A stretch of 64,000 bases of DNA from Anthoceros angustus (GCA_010909165.1 VJWM01000220.1:242998-306997); one strand, 5' to 3'; counted from the stretch's first letter, positions 11,601-22,218 are shown. Numbers and translations are program-made. Notes: a model not told the origin generated them from the sequence alone.

Positions 11601-13800
11601 TCGGGCCGGTGGAAAGTCGTATGACTAGAGGCTAACAAGGCCGAGGCGGTATGGAGGCAGGGGACTCGGGAGATAGGGATCTCCGTGCAGTGCGAGAGGT
11701 AGAAGGGAGGCGGCAGAGATGGAGGGCAAGGACACTGGAGCTACAACTCCAAGATGCGTCGGGCGGCAGTGATTCTCAGAGAATCCACGACTCGAGCACG
11801 AAATAGAGTGCCTCGGCTCCGTCAAGACGGAGGAAAATCGGCGACTATCCAAGGAGTTGGGCGTTGCCGCTGAAGGGCTGGAGGAAGTCGTCGGACGGAG
11901 GTATCGGCTGGAGAGAGGGGCGGGTAAAGGCCGAATGAGCGGAGGCGAGCACTGGAAGCGGAAAAGAAGGCTGCGTCCGGTGAGAAAGGCGGAAGGGAAC
12001 GCGCCATGGCGGTAAGTCGGCATGGAAAGGAAACGACGGAGCCGGAGCAGTGAGCAACAGGCACAGGAGGTGACCGAGGCCGCCTTGTAGCCTCACGATG
12101 GCCTGCCCACACAACTGGGCAGGAGAGGTGGCCCAACAAGCCGGCGGCCGCCACTCCGGAACACTTATGGCGGAGGGAGTATCGGGTGCTCGGGCACACG
12201 TGGAAGAGGCAATTCAACAAGTCGATTCGGACTTTGCCTATTACCACGCCGAGCTCCCAAGGCGAGAAGCCTCGGCCGCACGAAACGGACCCCGGAAGGC
12301 TCAAGGAGATGAAGGGACAAAGACAGGGACCCTAGTGGCCCCTGCTTGAGATGACGGAGCGCGGAGAGGAGCAACCGGAGGAGCAGAACGAGGGAGCGGA
12401 TGCGATCGAGGTAAGCACCCCGACCTCACCACTCGGGACCGAGGGTCCCGATTAGGTCCGGAGAACCCAGTCCGGACTTACTCGGGGTGTATGGAGGTCC
12501 TTGGCGGACCGAGAAATGCCGGCTCCCTCACGGACTTTGTGGGGGCCTCACAGTGGCCGTGGAAGAAACACGAGTCGCTACCGTCATGGACGGAATGCTT
12601 TGGGGTCTCGTAATGAGAGAAGACCCGAAGTGGAGGCCACCCGGAGGAGGATGGTGGAACTCAAGAGCAAGTGAAGGCCGAGGGGCAAAGGAAAGGCGGA
12701 GTCCCTCGCTCGGATCGAGGAAGGGAACGCCGGGTGGCGAGGCCGAGGCCCGGTTCAGCGAGGCCGGGCAAGGTTCTTCAATGTCGCGACAGTGAAGCAA
12801 GCTCGAGGCCCAAGCGGGCGGAGGACCTTGGGGAGGCGGAAGGCCGGGCACAAGCAGAGAGCTCGGGACTGGCGGAGGCGGCGGCTAGGCGCCAAGTGGG
12901 CGAGGCCTGTAAAGGCGGCGAAGAGTGAGCCGCGTGAGCGGCCGGGATCACTGACGTGATCGGGCCGGTGGAAAGTCGTATGACTAGAGGCTAACAAGGC
13001 CGAGGCGGTATGGAGGCAGGGGACTCGGGAGATAGGGATCTCCGTGCAGTGCGAGAGGTAGAAGGGAGGCGGCAGAGATGGAGGGCAAGGACACTGGAGC
13101 TACAACTCCAAGATGCGTCGGGCGGCAGTGATTCTCAGAGAATCCACGACTCGAGCACGAAATAGAGTGCCTCGGCTCCGTCAAGACGGAGGAAAATCGG
13201 CGACTATCCAAGGAGTTGGGCGTTGCCGCTGAAGGGCTGGAGGAAGTCGTCGGACGGAGGTATCGGCTGGAGAGAGGGGCGGGTAAAGGCCGAATGAGCG
13301 GAGGCGAGCACTGGAAGCGGAAAAGAAGGCTGCGTCCGGTGAGAAAGGCGGAAGGAGCAGCTGCGCTATGGCGTGGTGGCGATGGAAAGGAAGCAGCGGG
13401 CTGGGCGGTGAGACCGTGGCAGTGAGGAGTGACCGAGGCCGCCTTGTAGCCTCATGATCTGACCCGGCTCCACAAATCTGGCGAGAGGTGGCCCAACAAG
13501 CCGGCACGCCCACTCCGGAACACTTATGGCGGAGGGAGTATCGGGTGCTCGGGCACACGTGGAAGAGGCAATTCAACAAGTCGATTCGGACTTTGCCTAT
13601 TACCGAGCTCCCCGGCGAGAAGCCTCTCGGCGGCGCCAGACGGACCCACTCGAGGAAGGAGATGAAGGCCACAGGGGCCGGGGACCCTAGTGGCCCTGTT
13701 TGGAGATGACGGAGGCGCGGAGAGGAGCAACGGAGGCGGAAACGAGGGAGGCGGGATGGATGCGGCGAGGTAAGCACCCGCACCTCACCATGGAAGGAGG
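8650..13800 (+). pseudogene. Additional sense-strand coding region between integrase and 3' LTR, coiled-coil-rich, frameshifted, partly triplicated
   Basis: Protein-like segments recur in independent copies (WHPDVFQMVRTLTTL; SIELATKVDHLGDN; KDTLELQPKM...AVILNENPRLEHEIEC...LKTEENR); strong purine/Glu-Arg-Lys bias on + strand. Confidence 0.55.
10230..13790 (+). repeat. Three tandem units (~10230-11148, 11149-12430, 12437-13790) in the element's 3' internal region
   Basis: Units restart at GACC(C)GAGGGTCCCGATTAGG or CGAGAAATGCCGGC; 11149-11996 appears identical to 12508-13355 (offset 1359; identical ORFs in the track). Confidence 0.9.
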
Positions 13801-13884
13801 GCCAACGAGTCACCGGATCGGGAACAGGAGGACTTCGAGGAGAGCCACGAGGAGTCCCGTGAGGGAGGAAACCCGGGTGGGCGT

Positions 13885-14042
13885 GAGTCCGGACTTTGTC
13901 CGACCTCAGAGGAGGCCGGATCAAGTCCGGACTAATAAGTCCGGACTCAAGTCCGGACTAAGTCCGGACTCAAGTCCGGACTCAGAATAACCGACCCCGA
14001 GGTCCGGACCACAAGTCCGGACCAAGTCCGGACTTTGTCCGA
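13885..14042. repeat. Second GTCCGGAC tandem array
   Basis: Same palindromic-core units as 995-1152. Confidence 0.9.
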
Positions 14043-14139
14043 CCTGTGAAGCCGACTCAAGTTCGTGAGTCGAGACAGACCTCGAGGACCGGCCGCAAGG
14101 CAAGGAGGAGCCCCTTCGACTTACGCTTAGGGGAGCCGA

Positions 14140-15008
14140 TAGCGGTGGCCCCACCAAGGACCTGTGGAGGGGCCAGGAGGATGACGGTGGTAACGGCGGC
14201 TGACCGCCGCCAGAGCCCAACCCGATGTGATTCCGGGAGAGGAGGCCTCACGGATCATCCGATTGGGTGCACCACAACCGCTGACGGGGATTGACCACCC
14301 ATTCCGAGGCGGGCCTGTGACCTTCCACCACAACACGAAGGAGATAGGGGATAAATGGTAGGCCGATTAGGGTATACCGAAATGGCTATCACTGTAATAG
14401 GGGTGTAATAAAGACGCCACCTTGGGCGCAGATAAGAGGGCCGATCCTAGTAAAGCATCTTTCTCTTGGTGTTGATGCCGCTGCTGCACCTTTGTGAGTC
14501 TTCTTGCTAACGTGAGTCCCGAGTCACCGAAAGCAGCACGAGGAGATTGATCAAGGTCCCGTGACGACTTAACGCTGTGGTGTGTGCGGGGAAGGGTGAT
14601 GACCGTGATCGTTCGGAGCCGGTCCGACACCGAACCGGACTGAACGCGTGAGCCGGAGGAACTCCGGAGGGTGTGTAGAGCCCGGACGAGAGGCGAACGA
14701 CGAGGAGGTCCGGATCACAGAATCAAGGCCTTTTCTAAGATCAAGAGTGTAGCGTGAGAGGAGAGAGGAAAGGACCGGATGCGTGAGGATGTATGTGAAC
14801 GATACGGACGCGAACGGGTCTAAACGCTTGGCCATACCGGCTCAGACGGACCAGAGTAGTTAGGAGTATGTGTGTGTGCCGAGACCGAACGAGCGCTAAG
14901 GACAGAAGAATCACCAAACGCGTAAACGGGCCTATCATTCCCTTGGGAACGGACTTCTTCCTACAACGACACGGATTGTGCTGGCCATCAAAGAAAAGTC
15001 CCGCCACG
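14140..15008 (+). repeat. Candidate 3' LTR
   Basis: Aligns with 1236-2095; similarity stops at CCCGCCAC(G) 15008, followed by unrelated AT-rich DNA; preceded by TTAGGGGAGCCGAT. Confidence 0.65.
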
Positions 15009-15715
15009 TATGTCTGCACACACAAATGAACTGCTGATCGCCGCGGGTGATGGCCTACAAAAACATAATAGGAAGCGTGGCTATGGCCTACTCCTCTTGT
15101 GTAGATTGCTATTAAGTCCTTATTATAATACTATTTTATAATGTGCTTGAGGCATCTCCTCGCACACCTAAATCAATTGTCAAGGCCACATTTTTGCTCA
15201 AAGCACACAAGTCCCTATACATAGACTCATACACCTGGTGAAAGCACACAAGTCCCTATACATAGACCCATATACTTGGATACCTGGATACCATCCAACA
15301 CTATATGAGAAATGCTGTAAGAAGCGTAAAAAAATCCCTGAGCTAACTAGTGGTACGTATATTTTTTATACAAAAAACATGCATAAATTCTCTGTCTTAG
15401 AATTAAACCACTTTTTATGGCTCTCAGCCACTATGAGTGACCTCTTCACTATGTTAGTCTACTATCATCTAAGCCAACGTTACCTAATATACTCTTCACT
15501 ATACTAATCTACTATCACCTAAGCCAACGTCATGTAATTAACATGTTGCAGGTTAAAGTGTAGAATGTCCGGAGATCGGAGGTTTACTTCCACGGCCTCC
15601 CCGGGCCGGAAGAGGCAATCCCTCCCGGATACCGGAGAGGAGCTCCTTGTACACTATTATGGGTGGTAGCAGTCCCTAAACCAGCGTAAGCCCCTATTAC
15701 GCCTGGATCGTACGG

Positions 15716-16123
15716 CTAACAACGTCTTCCTTTCACCTTTCTTTTGCATTTTTCCTTGGGCGCCTGTTTGTCGGGGGGGCTTTTTAGTACCCTGGAGTCG
15801 AAAGCTAGAATCGTCACCGGTCCGTCTACGTGCTCTACGCCATTGTCTCTCTCGAGCACCAACTTCTCCAGGATGAAGGTCCATACTTTGTCGCAGTACC
15901 GGTAGGTATGCACATGGCCCGTCAAAGTCGTCTTGCACCGGGCGCTAACCTTTATGGCGTTAGCCTTCAGGGCGTTAGCGATAGACTTGTCAAACTGCAT
16001 CAGAACCTTGACGGCAAGAAGAGGCGGGATCGAGCCTTTGTCCACAAGCTCAGACAACGATTCTATCAAGCATTCTCCGAGTTCGGTGTGGCGGCCGTAG
16101 AGCTCAAGGGCGGCCTGATCCAT
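15716..16123 (-). CDS. TFIIA-S: Transcription initiation factor IIA gamma (small) subunit paralog 1, intronless, 135 aa, basic C-terminal tail
   Basis: MDQAALELYGRHTELGECLIESLSELVDKGSIPPLLAVKVLMQFDKSIANAL...GHVHTYRYCDKVWTFILE matches TFIIA-gamma signatures ELYRxxTxG, VLxQFDKS, TYRFCDNVWTF; first ATG at 16123. Confidence 0.92.
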   Translation of the reverse strand: MDQAALELYGRHTELGECLIESLSELVDKGSIPPLLAVKVLMQFDKSIANALKANAIKVSARCKTTLTGHVHTYRYCDKVWTFILEKLVLERDNGVEHVDGPVTILAFDSRVLKSPPDKQAPKEKCKRKVKGRRC

Positions 16124-16130
16124 TTCTGTG

Positions 16131-16235
16131 AAGGAAGAGGCTCCTCTCGCTTTCGTCCTAATTGGTGTGGAGGAAGAGCCTCCTCGCGCTTCCTTCACAA
16201 TTGGTGTGGAGGAAGAGCCTCCTCGCGCTTTCTTC
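16131..16235. repeat. ~39 bp tandem repeat (about 2.7 copies) just upstream of the TFIIA-gamma 1 ATG
   Basis: AGGAAGAG(G/C)CTCCTC(T)CGC...AATTGGTGTGG units. Confidence 0.8.
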
Positions 16236-16595
16236 CCACTCCGACTCCGCTCTTTCGCACTTTCGAGGGTCTCCAAATACGAGGCCACAAAGACACTCGA
16301 GGCAAAAGGCAGGAGGGAACAGAACACGTCAATTTGGTTTTTAGCGGCAAACAGAACTCGTAAATTGATGTGTCGAGTCGGACCAACTACATATGTAGCC
16401 CTTAGATCGCACAATTCCGCTACAAGCGAGCGTAAAGCCAAGGCACAAGCTTATGCTCGACTGTGTGTCCAGTGAGTTCAAACTTTGTGTCGTCCGAGTT
16501 CAAACTCTCTTCTGCTCACCGCCGTCTCTTCTTCCTATCCCCGGCAGCTAAGGCGACGTGTGCTGTTCTGTTCCCGCGCAGACTCGCACAAGAAA

Positions 16596-17483
16596 ATGTC
16601 GCCGAAATCCAAGGGTGGGAAGTCTTGGCAAGTGACTCTGATGAGACACAAAACGAGCAAGTCAGTTTTGTACATGGAAGCGGGAAAGGAATTCGTGGAC
16701 CTTCTCTTCAGCTTCCTCACTCTTCCGACAAGCACAGTGTTGAAGCTCATTGCCACGCTGGGAGAAGACAAGAGGAGGCCCGGCACAGCCATGTCCAACG
16801 TCCTCGACAGCGTGCACAAGCTCAACGGGAAACACTTCCTTGGGAAGAAAGCTGGTATGCAGTTGCTGGATCTACCTATCTGTGCGGACCTTCCCAGGGA
16901 TGTTGAACGCCTTATCAAGTGCAAGCAAAATGACCTGTGCTTTCAAGCGGAGACCTACTACCATTGCAACTGCGGTGCGGTACTCAGCGATGATTACAGG
17001 AACCCGGCTACTTGCGATGGTTGCAATGCCAAGACGACCTTGCGTAACGAATGCATTGTTTACCACAATTTGGCCAAAGAATGAAGGTCATGGATTTGTG
17101 AAGGGAAGTGGCACCTATATGATCACGGACGGCTTGCGCATCACGAAACCCTGTACCTCAGACGTCATGCGTTTGTTATCCGAGCTCAACGTGCAGTCGC
17201 TGAGTGACGTGGAGACCTGCAGAGTCCGGGTTAGTTCGAAGCAGGTAATCAATTGCGCCTTGAACTCAGTATCTTCTTCATTCGACTGCAAGGCTGCAAT
17301 ATCCGTGGAAATCATCGTGGTTTGGCATATCCCGAAGCCCCACATGACTTAGGTGTTTCTAGGTTGAACAGTCTCGACATTACGTTCCCTGCCCTTCTGC
17401 AGGCTTTGCAATTGTTGGAGGCATCCATTGGGGCCACTTCGGAGACTGTGCTTAACGACGTCTTTCCTCCAAAAGACCACTGA
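16596..17483 (+). CDS. DUF674-family protein 1 (exon 1 16596-17244, intron 17245-17402, exon 2 17403-17483); one frameshift near 17070
   Basis: VTLMRHKTSKSVLYMEAGKEFVDLLFSFLTLP and GFVKGSGTYMITDGL...ALQLLEASIGATSETVLNDVF are DUF674 signatures; GT at 17245, CAG ending 17402; frame change between NLAKE* and PKNEGHGFVKG. Confidence 0.85.
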
Positions 17484-18705
17484 GTTAGGGTTAGGGCTCT
17501 CCGCCAAGCATTGGTTGCCAGGCCTCGAATTTGCTGCAGGCCAGCTAGGTGAGCTAGCCTTTTCAATCCTCCACATGTGTAACAGTCAAATGCAGCCTGC
17601 AGCAGGCCAGTGCTCAGCAAACTGGCATACTTTCTAGCTTGCACTCTTCTTGATAGCGTTGTCAAATGTCCTTGAAACTTTGATCTTTGACTTGGGCTTC
17701 CCACCAGACCTCTCTGTCTCGCATAGATTAATCCGTAGACAGTCTTTTGCACCAGTTGCTTTTTTTGTTTTGTGTTTTAGCGCGTGGTTCTCTTCGAAGT
17801 CTGAAACGCTTTAAGTCACACATGTATGCTTTAGAATCTGAAAGATACAGGATTCACAAATGTAATGATCAGATTGGGAATGAAAATCCGAAGTCATCGA
17901 TGTTCCTGCAATAGCAGGCTTTTGAATCAAACCTTAATTGCACACGTCTTGAATCAGACTCGCACAGACTTGGTGGGAACCTTGTGCAAAGCCAACTCCA
18001 GCCAGACTTCTGGAAGCTGTACTCTCCAGTACCAGATAGCCTTGTACCGCTGGAAGCGAGCGTAAAGCCAAGGCTGAAGCGTACGCTCTGTTGTACGAGT
18101 TCAAACGTACTTCCCCAACAATCGCAAGTGGTAATTGGGAAGAGACAGCAGACCGAGACGTTCAAGTCTAATTGCACAGGTTTTGAATTAGACTTGCACA
18201 GACATGATGCGAAACTTGTGCGTTCTGCAAAACCTCAAACAACAAGCCTGCAGGGTGCTTGTCTACAAGTATGGATCAAGCCCGAGATGAACTCCTTTGG
18301 TCAGGGTTCTTTCCATGAAACCATCACTGGTGTGAATGGATAAAATCGTGCTCTACCTCCACGAAATAGGTCCAACATTCCTCAGAATATTTTGGCACCA
18401 AGCTCAGAATTGCGAGCTTTTCCACGACATGGTCTATCACTAACGCTTAGAACATTGCTGAATTCCTTGTTCGGATCAAAACTCGTACAAGTCAGGTCCG
18501 AAAAAATTCTGGAATGCTCAGCAGGTGCCGAAACACATCATTCCAGAATCAGGAACGCGAGACAAGGTTAATCATATCCTTACACAAAGACAGTACACAC
18601 CATCCCTCATCCATCACTGCTGCTCATCTCGAGAGTTTCTTGTACTACTGATCGATGGCAGAATTCCCTAAGCCAGCGTGCACCCCTTACGCTCGGATCG
18701 TGTTG

Positions 18706-19131
18706 CTAACCACCTCGTCTTTTTCCATTTGTTCTGTTTGTTCTCTTTTTGGGGCGACTGACAGCGGGCGGGGCTTTCGCTTTCGGGGCCAGTACCTCGG
18801 CGTCGCAAATAACAACCTTCACCGGTCCGTCCACTTGCTCGTCGTCCCTGCCTTCTGTCTTGAGCACGGCCTGCTCCAGGATGAAGGTCCATATGCTTTC
18901 GCAGTACCGGTAGGTATCCACACGGCCCTTCAAAGTCATCTTGGGCTGGACCGCGGCCTTCAAGGCCTCAGCGATAGACTTGTCAAACTGCATCAGAACT
19001 TTGACGGCAAGAAGAGGCGAGATGGAGCCTTTCTCCACAAGCTCACTCAGCGATTCCATCAAGCATATTCCGATTGTGGTATGGCGGTAGAGCTCCAAAG
19101 GCTCCACCTCTCTCTCCACTTTCCGGTCCAT
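18706..19131 (-). CDS. TFIIA-S: Transcription initiation factor IIA gamma subunit paralog 2, intronless, 141 aa, basic C-terminal tail
   Basis: MDRKVEREVEPLELYRHTTIGICLMESLSELVEKGSISPLLAVKVLMQFDKSIAEAL...KGRVDTYRYCESIWTFILE; uninterrupted ORF. Confidence 0.92.
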   Translation of the reverse strand: MDRKVEREVEPLELYRHTTIGICLMESLSELVEKGSISPLLAVKVLMQFDKSIAEALKAAVQPKMTLKGRVDTYRYCESIWTFILEQAVLKTEGRDDEQVDGPVKVVICDAEVLAPKAKAPPAVSRPKKRTNRTNGKRRGG

Positions 19132-19586
19132 TGCACTTTGGGGAGTATCCAGTACCAGAAGACAAGAAACTTGAGGCAAAAGGCAAGAGGGAATGGATTA
19201 GGACACCTCATACATATATAGGCTTTAGGCCGCACAGTTTTCTCGAATATCTTAAACCTATCTCGATTATGAGCAACCTTGCCCTTCCCCCATTCCCCCC
19301 TGGAAGACTCTGTCAAATTTTCAGCCACACCGGTACCTCTTCATTCACTGATAGAACTACGTAATTCCCTTTGCCAGCCTGAAGCCCATACGATCGGGTC
19401 ATCCCAGTGTCTAACCTCTTCAGTTGATGATTGAAATCTCCAGCCTGAAGCTCTGACGCTCGGGTCGAACTGTTAGCCTCTTCAGTTCTATGTCAGACCG
19501 AGCGCTGAATATATCTCACGCAGCGCAGGATTCGTGAGCTGTTTTACAAGTTGTCCAGACTCGACACTCCTTTCAGACGTGAGCAG
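19132..19586. promoter_or_regulatory. Putative bidirectional promoter between TFIIA-gamma 2 and DUF674 2
   Basis: Divergent ATGs 456 bp apart; TATATA at 19215-19220 and AATATAT at 19508-19514; degenerate ~65 bp direct repeat CCAGCCTGAAGC...CCTCTTCAGTT at ~19374 and ~19441. Equivalent 473 bp gap in copy 1. Confidence 0.5.
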
Positions 19587-20533
19587 ATGGCGTCATCTGG
19601 TGCCAGTACAGACGGCTTCAGGGTAACTCTGTTCCGGGACAAGACGACCAAGTCCATTTTGTACATGGAGGCCGGCAAGGATTTTGTGGATATGATTTTG
19701 GCCTTCCTCTTTTTGCCCGCGGGAAGGATTGTGAGTCTTCTTCAGCATAAGGGACTCGGGGAGCCGGCTCAGCTGGCTATCTGCAACGTCATGAACAGTA
19801 TGAAGCACTTGAGGAGTCACTTGTTCAGAGACGACAGTCTTCTCTTGGGAGACACCACCAGTGTGCCGGGCAGAGCCACCGATATCATGAACGTAACTGC
19901 ATCACTACAGCCACGGGCATGCTTCAGTTGCAAATGTTTCCTCACCATTGCTTTGAGGGAGAATGGAGCGGATTGTACTGGCTGTCACTCTTTAGCAAGT
20001 AGAGCAGTTTGTCTTGCTATCTCTGGATCCGATAAGGATGCTTACTCCACTTCCATTCGCGGTCAGACGGGTGACCAGCTAGGCTTCATTTCAAGCACAA
20101 GTCTGACTGCCACGTACACCATCACCGACAATTTGGAGATACGCCCGGCCTCTTCCCTCCATACTCTGGAGTTGCTCCAGAAGCTTAAAGTGAGACTCTT
20201 GAGTGACTTGGAAAGCTTGGAGGCACGCGTCGGCCCCAACGAGGTAGCCATCTGCATCGGCAGTTCATGCAATATAAATTTTTCATCCATGGACGTCCAC
20301 CTACACATGTAGCCTGTAGACCTAATGGAGATATCGTGATCATTCTGGACAAAGAGCTGGTGTTTCATCTCGTAGTGCGCTCTTGGCTTAATTCTTTTGC
20401 ACATAGATGTACACAATTCTCAGCTATTACCCACTGCTGTGCGTGTGTGCAGGCCCTGGAGTTGTTGCATGCCTCTGTGCGTGGCCAAGCCGTGCTCAAT
20501 AAGGTGTTTGGGGGTATGAGGGAAAGATCCTGA
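19587..20533 (+). CDS. DUF674-family protein 2 (exon 1 19587-20243, intron 20244-20452, exon 2 20453-20533), intact
   Basis: FRVTLFRDKTTKSILYMEAGKDFVDMILAFLFLP ... TYTITDNLEI ... VGPNE|ALELLHASVRGQAVLNKVF; phase-0 GT-AG intron at the same position as in copy 1. Confidence 0.9.
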
Positions 20534-20720
20534 ATCACTCCGTTGAGATCTTTCAATTGTGACGATGTTATTGTATTATGCCATGCTCACATCTGATGAT
20601 CGTCTGGATTCATGTTAAATTCGAAGTCATCTATGTTCCCTGTGATGACTGCCTTTTCAATCAAACTTTCACAGTGTTTGAATCAGATAGACTTGCACAA
20701 ACATCGTGCGAACTGCAAAA

Positions 20721-21957
20721 CCTGAAACATGTTTCAACCGTTTTTGTTGAAACCTCCTGTGCATCTTCACATGACTGTAATTGATGAAGCCCGTAGAAAT
20801 CTAGGAAGATAAACTCCCAATAAAACCATCACTTCTGCCTTCCAGAGTTAAAAGGCCTGCTCGAAACCCAATTCCAGCCAGACTAAAGCTGGTTTCTCCA
20901 ATTTACAGCTCGTACTGGTCGATGATGCATGCACGGGTTTCAAAAGAGGAAATGAAAGCAAGGGAAGACGACGGTGTTCCTGGCTTGTCTCGCTCCGCCT
21001 CCAGATTCTCACACAGCGTTTCCCTGTCGGACTCGAGTTGCAAAAGCTCATCCAAAAGACTAAGTTAAGTAGTCCGCTCACAGGCTACTCCCTCGTAGCT
21101 TCGCATGCTCCTCCTCCATCCTCCGCTGCTCGGAAACCACTGCAACATCCCTTGCCTCCCTCTCCTGCAACATCACGGCCTACTCTCTCTTCCTCATACC
21201 TTCCGTCTCCTTCTCCGGTATCTGCACCATGGCCATGGCGCAGGAGCCGAGCCCATCAAGCTCCTCCAGCTTCATCCTCTCTACCCCGCCGATCGCTTGC
21301 CAGTCTTCGAATTTTTCCTTCGCCATAAGCAAAGCCGCGTGCACACAGACATCCTCCTTGCTCTCGATCGCACTCCGTCGCCCAGGCCCGCATCCCCCTC
21401 CTTCAACTGGAATCCCCGCCTTGCAGAAGGAAGGAAGGGAGCCCAAACCTGCAGACCTGCGAGCATCCACCACCTCATTCCGCCTTCTTTTGAAGGCCTG
21501 AATCTGCTCCCGGCTGCACTCACACTCTATGCGTTCGTTGCGAATCACTTGAAGCTTGCCTGGCCTTGTTCATCCGTCGCCATTCCTGGCAGTCGCGACG
21601 GAGAGCTGAGGGAATGGGGTAAATCTCCACACACAGAGAGTATTAGAGCATCCGTGCCAATCTCCGAAAAGATGAATGCTGTGGCGCGTCCGGCCACCCC
21701 GCCCGCGCGCATCAGCGTCACCAACCACGCGATACACGCACTAACCGCCCGGATGCGGAACGTGAGCTGTGTGCTCGGCTGCGGAGTGTGGACATACAAT
21801 TTTTCCCTGCAGTGACCAGCAAAATCGGCTTCAGGATTGCCGAAGACAAAACGACCGGTATCCCATCTGAGCGGCTGGTTATCCGACCTGTAATCAAAGA
21901 ACCACAACGTTCTGGTAATCGCTGTGCTACCACCGTGACCCTAATAAGAGGTTCGTG
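20721..21957 (+). repeat. ~1.24 kb segment duplicated at 40551-41861
   Basis: Both begin CCTGAAACATGTTTCAACCG and end CTAATAAGAGGTTCGTG; near-identical ORF translations in the track. Confidence 0.9.
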
Positions 21958-22218
21958 TCTATGCAAGCTTCACTCAATTCCTTGACCAGATGGTGTTCCG
22001 TGCTCATCCCTCTGCGCTTGGTTTGCCGTCTGTATTTTTTGACAGTTCGGATGTAAGATTGCAGAGTCGAGAGAGGAAAAGACTAGTACATCTCTGCAGG
22101 CAATTACACCACCTGCTACAAGTGTCCCCAACCTCAGCAGCCAAGTTGATACTCTTGTGCTTGCAGACTGGCCAGCCAGCTGCATATTGCAACACATCTA
22201 GCTAATGCCAGTTGTTGC

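Larger units (their letters stand above)
1..15008 (+). mobile_element. Ty3/Gypsy LTR retrotransposon (non-chromovirus, Athila/OTA-like), degenerate; includes upstream element tail at 1-1235
   Basis: Domain order gag(CCHC)-PR(DTG)-RT-RNaseH-integrase on + strand; direct repeat ending ...AAAGTCCCGCCACA at 2095 and ...AAAGTCCCGCCAC(G) at 15008; PBS-like sequence after 2095; no chromodomain seen after integrase. Confidence 0.9.

Noticed and set aside
16124-16441. 106 aa N-terminal extension of TFIIA-gamma 1 with ARGGSSSTP repeats
   Set aside because: The ORF call starts at TTG, there is no in-frame ATG upstream of 16123, and copy 2 lacks it; treated as UTR/promoter repeat.
17485-17498. Telomere-like TTAGGGTTAGGG (also ~30836 and ~30881)
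   Set aside because: Only one or two units; expected by chance.
15830-19221. Plus-strand ORFs 15830-16363 and 18655-19221 that resemble each other
   Set aside because: They are antisense shadows of the two TFIIA-gamma genes; similarity follows from the sense-strand homology.
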